Origin: Octopus vulgaris
Lineage: Eukaryota
Reading direction: 5' to 3'
Length of the DNA: 64,000 nucleotides
Assembly (NCBI GenBank): GCA_951406725.2
Contig: OX597822.1
Location: forward strand, 118,172,001-118,236,000
Positions within the stretch are counted from its first letter, which is position 1. The number at the start of each line of letters is the position of its first letter. The position numbers and the translations under genes are program-made. This document shows, in pieces, positions 54,868-64,000 of this stretch. The notes under the pieces were generated by a model that ran no database searches, had not been told where the DNA came from, and saw nothing but the letters and a program-made list of their open reading frames with translations.

Positions 54868-55910
54868 GATGATTATATTAAAGCCAAAAGGATTAAACAA
54901 AGAGGGGACAATACACGGGACAAATGGGGTCGGGGACTTATCGAATGATATTACATATATGAATAAATACATTATAATTTCGGATGAAAATGAAAAGAAA
55001 ATGAATGGACGCGGAATGGGTTTGACCCCACCAACCACATTCTGCGTTGAACCGTTTACTTCGCCCTTTTTTGCTTTTACTCTGCTTAATTAGGTACTTA
55101 GCCAATATTCGGGCTACTTTCTTCCATCCTTTTTCGTACTTCTTTGACGTCAGGCATTTCTTCTCCAGACATGCTTTCCTTCTTGGGTGATATAAAAAGA
55201 GGTTAACCAAAGCACGCCCGGAGACGAAGATTCCTGGTGCGATACCTCTTCCACGCGTCTATCATATCACCTCTTTCGCTATAGCTATTACGGCTAGAAA
55301 GCAGAATTTCTCATCTCCTTTTAGAGGAGACGGCGGAATGATCTTAATAATCGATTCGACTGACAGCTGTTACCCTCCCCAGTTGTGACAGTATCCGTTC
55401 AGTAGAAACCCACAGGTCCGAGAGACTCGGACGCTGTACGATTGCATGCAGGACAGTTTCGTTGCTCTGCCCTCAACGTGAGCATGTAGGCGAAACCATG
55501 ACGCCGTGTCTCGCGTGTTTATCCCGAACTGGTAAGGCTCTTCGGAAGCACAACCACGCCAGGGACCTCTGGAAGTTGTCCATAGGTCCCAGGCCGAAAG
55601 TCCTTCGATACAGGTTGACAAGCGTTGACAAGGTGACTGTCATAGAAACCCAGGCCGTCATCACACTTGCTCTCTACTCTCTATAGTACGCGGAGTTGGT
55701 ATCCCCTCCGCCCGCATTGCTCGGGAGAGAAGCACGAGTGCTTGTCGACACTCTGCTTGCCAAGCTCCCAGCCTTGGTCTACGCCTGATCCAGCATTCCA
55801 GTTCACCAAAAGTGATGAACCTGGTAAATATCTCGTCAACGAACGGAGACCATACCCGCTCACCATCCAGTTAATGCCAGAAATGCCTCAACCTCAGCGC
55901 ATGCCTGCGC
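54868..55910 (-). pseudogene. Tx1/L1-like LINE ORF2 3' end and 3' UTR
   Basis: MDNFQRSLAWLCFRRALPVRDKHARHG..SPTCSR*GQSNETVLHAIVQ (decayed zf-RVT C-C-H-C) and FLAVIAIAKEVI. Stop near 55090, then a pyrimidine-rich UTR ending ttgtcccctctttgtttaatccttttggctttaatataatc. Confidence 0.75.
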
Positions 55911-57154
55911 AGGGGTGGATGTAATCTACTTAGCCCCTCTCCCGAAATTGCTGGTCTTGTACCGAAATGTGAAACCATTATATTATTCTTAATTATACTA
56001 TCTCTTCCTTGGAAACTCATACAGCTGTCGTCTTTCTTATTTTTCTCTTTCTTTCTATGACTTTTCTTATCTAATATGTATAGGGGTAAATTTCATTCCA
56101 CGAATGTATTTCACTTGTAACGTGAATAATGTTGTCTTCGATAGAAGGTACCTGAAAACAAAACGGGATGGAACTCTCTCCTCTCACCTCTCTCCTCTCC
56201 CCCAGTCTTCGTTTTACTACAGTTATCAAACTTCACAGGTGATCGTCTTGACCCACCCTTACTCTCTGATTAAATTTTAAATTTGCCCTCAGATTATAAG
56301 TTCAAATTCACTATTGATATTTCGCAGGGTTTCTGAGCAGAATATTTCATTGTAATTTGCCTCAGTCCACCAAGTCGTATGGGACAGGTACCCATATTTT
56401 ATGGGAAACTTTTCAATAGACCTGGTCATCTGCTATTCCATAGTTGTGATCAGAAAGAAGGTTTAAACCAAATTGCTACTCACCCAGAAGAACGTTGGAT
56501 AAATAAATATGCAATTTCTTCAGTAATTATCTCTTTTTTCAGTGACATGTCTTAATTTGTCTCTAATTGAGATAGGTTCAATTATGTATACGATACCCGA
56601 TTAGTATTAGAATCTAAGAACGCTTGAAGTTATCGTCTGCGTCCCCGTCACGTGATCTCATTAAAAATGTTCACAGTTAGCTAAATATTTCTATACGCAT
56701 AACGGATTACGTCATCTGTGCTGTCGTTAAAAAAAGTGTAATTTAATAAATAGCTATATTTAAATAAATTTAATAATCCAAGAGAAATTATTTCATGGTG
56801 CTGCATGTATGTAACTAATTAACTGTTGAATTGTCCGTCATATTGCTGTACGAGAGAGAAACTTGTGTGTGCTGCGTTGGCCTTATCGACGGCCTTCTGC
56901 TATCACAGACAGTTAAAAAGCATTGATGGAAACCATGCTAGAAGAACCAGGTTTCGTTAACACTGATTAAAAAAATATATGCAAATATATTCTTACTGCA
57001 TATTGGATCATAGTTTTTGTACCTGACTTTATACGTATACCCACCCGACCACCTCTCTCTCCCTCTGTCTCTCTCTCTCCCCTCTGCTTTTTCTTTCTTT
57101 TGGTCACTCTCTCTCCTTCACTCATCCACTTCCCTTTCTCTATCTCCCCATACG

Positions 57155-57219
<65 letters not shown>

Positions 57220-57700
57220 ATACATACATATGTGCGTGTGTATGTGTGTATGTATGAATGCAAGTGTGTATGCATGTAAATATGTAAGCAAAAACATTCT
57301 CCTTCTTGGAGAATATACTTACATGCACACATATGCACTCTAACATGCATGGATGTATGCATTTATGAATACACACAGAATACAAGGACTCCGACATACT
57401 CACCCTCACTCTATCTATAACACACACACGTACACACACACTCACACACATACGCACGCACAAACACACACACACTTACACCTCACGCATTCAGACACGA
57501 AAGCACCCAGTCACACTCTCTCTTTATCTTTCTCCCTCTCTCCCCCTCTTACTCCCTCTATGTCGCTTTATTTTTCTCTCTCTCTCTCCCTCGTTGTCGC
57601 TCTCTGTCTTTCTCTCTCCATAACTGTTTCTCTCTATCTTCCTTTCTATGTACCCCTCTCCCCTTTCTCTCCTTCTCTTGTCTTTCTATCTTTGTCCCCC

Positions 57701-57738
<38 letters not shown>

Positions 57739-57813
57739 TTACTAATGTTCTATTTGGTCGTCTGCTTTTCAATCATTCTCTTTCTAAAGTGTGTATATAC
57801 ACATTTGTGTGTG

Positions 57814-57862
<49 letters not shown>

Positions 57863-58162
57863 TCATGTCTGCATTTGTATCTGCTTATGTATATGTGAGC
57901 ACTTACATACATTTGTGTATGTGCATGTCTGTTTATATTTGTGCATGTGTGCACGCGAATGTGTTTCCTGAAATATAAAAGTACGCATCTTCGTACTCTG
58001 CATTCATAAAAGTAAACTTCTCTCGCCTTTTTCTCTCCCTTCAGCAAGTTATGGCAATAATTCCGGCTTAGATTCCATATTTCAGTCCATTCTACAATGC
58101 CCATATTCAATTAATTTGATGCCATTCATATATCTATATCTATCTATCTATATCTATATATT

Positions 58163-58303
<141 letters not shown>

Positions 58304-58766
58304 TATATATATATAATATAAATTAGAGATAAAACCACTATTATGCAACTCAAACAGTGATTTATATATATATATATATATAATTATTTTTATATATATA
58401 TAAGGAAAAATTTTCTAACGGATTAGTTATGTATATATGTGTGCGTGTATGTATGTATGTATGTATGTTTGTATGTATGTATGTATGTATGTATGTGTGT
58501 ATGTATACACTTTACACATACCATTTCGTTCTTTTGACTGCATCTTCTTCGACGATCTCATATCCGATTCTGCATGATATCACTACAATGTTATCAGCTT
58601 GATTAAAAATGAGATACCATGGGATATCGCATACTCTCTTCTCTTTCTCCCTCTCATTTCCTCACTCCTTCTTGGTATCCTTCTATTTACGTATCTATCT
58701 ATCAGTCTGTTTAACTATCAAGCTACGAAGTGACGCGTATCCTTACATATAATATGTGTATGTATG

Positions 58767-58841
<75 letters not shown>

Positions 58842-58927
58842 AAAATCAAGGAAAGTCGTAGGGGTTTGTGCCGGTAAGTCTTATATTATCCGAAACAGGA
58901 TATTCCACTCAGCACAGCAATTTCATT

Positions 58928-58989
<62 letters not shown>

Positions 58990-58990
58990 C

Positions 58991-59030
<40 letters not shown>

Positions 59031-59375
59031 GTTTACATACATGTTTGTTTTATACTCCAAATGATTACAATATTATATTTTTCGTTTTTAAGTTCTCATT
59101 GGTTAGCTAAGCTCTTCAATATAAAATGTATGAGAGAGGCAAAAGTTCGATTCTCCAGGGAAAATGTGTTTGTGTTTTTCAATATTACTCAAATTTTTTA
59201 TTGCTATATTTATTAATTTTTTGTTGCCATAAATGAATGAAAGTAACCTTTGATCTGTCACGAAACGTTTTGGGATGAAATTTTTCTATTTCCTCACAGT
59301 TTTTGTAATTGCATAATTTATATTGTCCTCAGAGGGAAATTTTCTCTTCGAAAAATAGGAAGGAATTTGGTTATG

Positions 59376-59522
59376 GCGAGAGCAGGCAACCTTTTTCGAG
59401 AAGCAGGCCGCATCAGACATGACTCATTATCGGGCGTGTCTGACTATTAAAAGTGTTCGTGGTAATTTTTCGTTGGGCATACCATTCAGGAAGTCCTACT
59501 GGCCACAGTTTGCCCAAGAATG
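59376..59522. mobile_element. Degenerate hAT-type MITE
   Basis: Ends gagcaggcaacctttt...ggccgcat and ggccacagtttgccca resemble Charlie-type subtermini. Confidence 0.35.
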
Positions 59523-59639
59523 ATTTAAGTAGATCATGAAGAGCCGAATTATCAGTCGCAATTCTATTTTGAGAAATTTAAAGCTCTTCAACAGCTCAAA
59601 GACATTCTGGATTAACTGGATTAGGACATAATATTGATA

Positions 59640-59862
59640 TCGAATTTTAACACAAGGTCAGCAATTTCGAGGGAGTGGGTAAGTCGATTCCATCCGTCCC
59701 AGTGCTTAACTGCTACTTTTTTTTATCGACCCCACCCCACCCTCATGAAATGATGAAAGGTAAAGACAGCCTCGGTGGAATATGAATTCAGAACGCAAAG
59801 ACGGACGAAATGTTGTTGAGCATTTTGCCCGATGTGCTAACGTTTCTGCCAATTCGCCGCTT
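59640..59862 (-). mobile_element. Diverged SINE-B-related copy
   Basis: Reverse of head (gcggcgaattggcagaaacgttagca), core and the ttgctgaccttgtgtt tail variant. Confidence 0.75.
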
Positions 59863-60217
59863 CAGGATTAGAACGTAATTCTAATACTTATGTTTGTTCT
59901 AAGGTCAGATTATTACGTTTGAAAGTTTTAATGAAATCTTAATGGTTTTTATCATGCTCTGATTTTGTCTCACTACAAACTAAAAACAAAATTGTCCAGA
60001 TAGAAGGAAGTAACATTAAGATTAACTTCGTTGATAAACTGATTGACACACTGAAATACTGACAGACCATTCTTTTGTAACTCTTAAAGTGTCTCTAGTG
60101 AATTGATACGGATTCCTAAATGCTTGAAGAGCTTGGACTATATATTTCCACAGCTATTATACCAAACTGATAATGAATGCAATTTAGCTCAATTTTGGTT
60201 TAATATTAGTCTTTCGG

Positions 60218-60491
60218 AGATGTACTTGCATAGCAAGTGACCTGATCTGAGATCATGTGCTGGAACGAAAACGATTGCAGCGTGGAAGGTGTTTATAAGT
60301 CATTTAAGAAACACACAAAAACCGTTAGATTCACTTCAACATATAAATTTGCAGCACGGAATTTTGTCAGTGAACAGGTCGCGGTCTCAAAGCGACGAAA
60401 ACACTTTGACAAATTAAATTTGAATGTTGAAGTGAATCTAACGGTTTTGTATGTTTCTTAAATGGCTTATAAACACCTTCCACGCTGCAAT
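60218..60491. mobile_element. Foldback element: 76-bp inverted arms (60274-60350 / 60416-60491) around a hammerhead-like motif, 13-bp TSD-like repeat
   Basis: The arms are directly visible. attagtctttcgg (60205-60217) and attagcctttcgg (60490-60502) flank the element. Confidence 0.75.
60363..60413 (+). ncRNA. Hammerhead-like motif with G3-C8 core
   Basis: tttgtca-GTGAACA-G-GTCGC-ggtctcaaa-GCGAC-GAAA-acac-T-T-tgacaaa: 7-bp stem I and 5-bp stem II. Confidence 0.6.
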
Positions 60492-61082
60492 TAGCCTTTC
60501 GGTATGTCATTAACAAGATCATGTATACAGATAACTGGTAAATCATTAAACAGTCGCTAGTTAAAGAGAAATCTACACCAAGCCTTATCTTGCCGGAATT
60601 TCTCAGTAACAGCCAAAGGCTACACTTGTAAATGGTTTGGTTCTAAGGCACCTCTTAGAAATGTTTAAATCTCTGAACCTATAAAGACTTAATGTTTCAA
60701 CGTGTATTGTTGCAATTGGTTTGCGGATTGGCGTGAGATTTAGAAAAGATTTATTAAGATCTCATCCTACTCATTGTTGATTAAGACCACAAATTAAGGA
60801 AGAAAGGTTCTGATCCATGATAAATAACTTTAATTTCTTTATTTATATTCAAAAGATTTCTTGAGAAGCCCATCAACACAACATCACAGAGCAGAATATT
60901 CAAAGTTTTTAGATATTTTACACTTTATAGATATCTTAGTCAGGCAAAATCAATTAATTTATATTAGTAATTTGAAATGAGTCATGGATACGATACGTGA
61001 TCTTGATTATATTTTTCAAGAGTTGATTAGTTAATTGATGACAAATGGAATTCTCCGATATAAATTTAAATCTATTTGGCTT

Positions 61083-61290
61083 TGTTATATCGCAATACTA
61101 CACAGTTGCTGTGTGCGCTACAAAATCCTCGTCACCACTGTTATATCGCACGTTCGGTTGCCTTCTACTCAACTCGACTCCTATTCTACTCTTCTAGTCT
61201 ACACTGTTCTACCGACGTCTAGGCTTCTCCTTCTATATCTACGTATTGCGCTAGCCACCTGCTTCGTCGTCCGGGGGCGTCCACACAACA
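61083..61290 (-). mobile_element. Collapsed Gypsy-like LTR remnant (LTR + PBS + end of second LTR)
   Basis: Minus strand TGTTG...GCGATATAACA (61290-61139), then G-TGGTGACGAGGA (PBS-like), about 30 nt, and TGCGATATAACA again (61094-61083). Flanks ggctt/ggatt. Confidence 0.6.
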
Positions 61291-61304
61291 GGATTCTATT
61301 ACCT

Positions 61305-61445
61305 TAAGGCGGCGAGCTGGCAGAAATGTTAGCACGCCGGGCGAAATGCTTAGCGGTATTTCGTCTGCGTTACGTTCTGAGTTCAAATTCCGCCGAGGTC
61401 GACTTTGCCTTTCATCCTTTCGGGGTCGATAAATTAAGTACCAGT
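61305..61445 (+). mobile_element. SINE family B, 3'-truncated at the TATG array
   Basis: Near-consensus head and core up to aagtaccagt, where (TATG)n starts. Confidence 0.88.
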
Positions 61446-61492
61446 ATGTATGTATGTATGTATGTATGTATGTATGTATGTATGTATGTATG

Positions 61493-61524
<32 letters not shown>

Positions 61525-61570
61525 TGTATGTATGTATGTATGTATGTATGTATGTATGTATGTATGTATG

Positions 61571-61602
<32 letters not shown>

Positions 61603-61688
61603 TGTATGTATGTATGTATGTATGTATGTATGTATGTATGTATGTATGTATGTATGTATGTATGTATGTATGTATGTATGTATGTATG

Positions 61689-61720
<32 letters not shown>

Positions 61721-61882
61721 TGTATGTATGTATGTATGTATGTATGTATGTATGTATGTATGTATGTATGTATGTATGTATGTATGTATGTATGTATGTA
61801 TGTATGTATGTATGTATGTATGTATGTATGTATGTATGTATGTATGTATGTATGTATGTATGTATGTATGTATGTATGTATG

Positions 61883-61914
<32 letters not shown>

Positions 61915-61920
61915 TGTATG

Positions 61921-61952
<32 letters not shown>

Positions 61953-62018
61953 TGTATGTATGTATGTATGTATGTATGTATGTATGTATGTATGTATGTA
62001 TGTATGTATGTATGTATG

Positions 62019-62050
<32 letters not shown>

Positions 62051-62078
62051 TGTATGTATATGTATGTATGTATGTATG

Positions 62079-62110
<32 letters not shown>

Positions 62111-63072
62111 TGTATGTATGTATGTATGTATGTATGTATGTATGTATGTATGTATGTATGTATGTATGTATGTATGTATGTATGTATGTATGTATGTATG
62201 TATGTATGTATGTATGTATGTATGTATGTATGTATGTATGTATGTATGTATGTATGTATGTATGTATGTATGTATGTATGTATGTATGTATGTATGTATG
62301 TATGTATGTATGTATGTATGTATGTATGTATGTATGTATGTATGTATGTATGTATGTATGTATGTATGTATGTATGTATGTATGTATGTATGTATGTATG
62401 TATGTATGTATGTATGTATGTATGTATGTATGTATGTATGTATGTATGTATGTATGTATGTATGTATGTATGTATGTATGTATGTATGTATGTATGTATG
62501 TATGTATGTATGTATGTATGTATGTATGTATGTATGTATGTATGTATGTATGTATGTATGTATGTATGTATGTATGTATGTATGTATGTATGTATGTATG
62601 TATGTATGTATGTATGTATGTATGTATGTATGTATGTATGTATGTATGTATGTATGTATGTATGTATGTATGTATGTATGTATGTATGTATGTATGTATG
62701 TATGTATGTATGTATGTATGTATGTATGTATGTATGTATGTATGTATGTATGTATGTATGTATGTATGTATGTATGTATGTATGTATGTATGTATGTATG
62801 TATGTATGTATGTATGTATGTATGTATGTATGTATGTATGTATGTATGTATGTATGTATGTATGTATGTATGTATGTATGTATGTATGTATGTATGTATG
62901 TATGTATGTATGTATGTATGTATGTATGTATGTATGTATGTATGTATGTATGTATGTATGTATGTATGTATGTATGTATGTATGTATGTATGTATGTATG
63001 TATGTATGTATGTATGTATGTATGTATGTATGTATGTATGTATGTATGTATGTATGTATGTATGTATGTATG

Positions 63073-63104
<32 letters not shown>

Positions 63105-63646
63105 TGTATGTATGTATGTATGTATGTATGTATGTATGTATGTATGTATGTATGTATGTATGTATGTATGTATGTATGTATGTATGTATGTATGTATGTA
63201 TGTATGTATGTATGTATGTATGTATGTATGTATGTATGTATGTATGTATGTATGTATGTATGTATGTATGTATGTATGTATGTATGTATGTATGTATGTA
63301 TGTATGTATGTATGTATGTATGTATGTATGTATGTATGTATGTATGTATGTATGTATGTATGTATGTATGTATGTATGTATGTATGTATGTATGTATGTA
63401 TGTATGTATGTATGTATGTATGTATGTATGTATGTATGTATGTATGTATGTATGTATGTATGTATGTATGTATGTATGTATGTATGTATGTATGTATGTA
63501 TGTATGTATGTATGTATGTATGTATGTATGTATGTATGTATGTATGTATGTATGTATGTATGTATGTATGTATGTATGTATGTATGTATGTATGTATGTA
63601 TGTATGTATGTATGTATGTATGTATGTATGTATGTATGTATGTATG

Positions 63647-63678
<32 letters not shown>

Positions 63679-63706
63679 TGTATGTATGTATGTGTATGTA
63701 TGTATG

Positions 63707-63738
<32 letters not shown>

Positions 63739-63820
63739 TGTATGTATGTATGTATGTATGTATGTATGTATGTATGTGTGTATGTATGTATGTATGTATG
63801 TATGTATGTATGTATGTATG

Positions 63821-63852
<32 letters not shown>

Positions 63853-64000
63853 TATGTATGTATGTATGTATGTATGTATATGTATGTATGTATGTATGTT
63901 TGTATGTATGTATGTATGTGTGTGTATGTATGTTTGTATGTATGTATGTATATGTATGTATGTATGTATGTATGTATATGTATGTATGTATGTATGTATG
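61445..64000. repeat. (TATG)n array over 2.5 kb, running off the window end
   Basis: Directly visible; nearly pure, with occasional TATA/TGTG interruptions. Confidence 0.98.

Noticed and set aside
61445-64000. Telomere or CRISPR-like array
   Set aside because: The unit is TATG, not TTAGGG, and there are no spacers or cas genes.

Overview
Eukaryotic, AT-rich, microsatellite-dense non-coding DNA with no recognisable host exon, rRNA, tRNA gene or CRISPR array. The repeat make-up suggests a coleoid cephalopod such as Octopus (inference). Almost all ORFs in the track are microsatellite artefacts (IYIY, CVCV, HTYI, LSIY, poly-L/I/V/N). The real content is a layered set of transposable elements. 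Non-LTR elements: one long open CR1/L2-group RT fragment plus three shorter 3' ends, four R4/Dong-type RLE fragments, Tx1/L1-like ORF1 and ORF2 fragments, and a Penelope-like RT+GIY-YIG element. Other elements: a DD37D (maT) transposase pseudogene, two mariner fragments, MITEs, non-autonomous Helitrons, a collapsed Gypsy-like LTR remnant and several tRNA-derived SINE families. A 2.5-kb (TATG)n array ends the window. Most notable: (1) about nine minimal hammerhead-ribozyme-like motifs of Penelope type, including a G3-C8 swapped core and a repeated U6 core. In two elements the sequence 3' of the cleavage site is duplicated in inverted orientation upstream. (2) Two SINE-LINE 3'-tail partnerships are visible inside the window, one with a Tx1/L1-type element. 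(3) One SINE family joins head-to-tail, and to genomic targets, through a GTAT microhomology. All calls were made by eye; no database searches were run.
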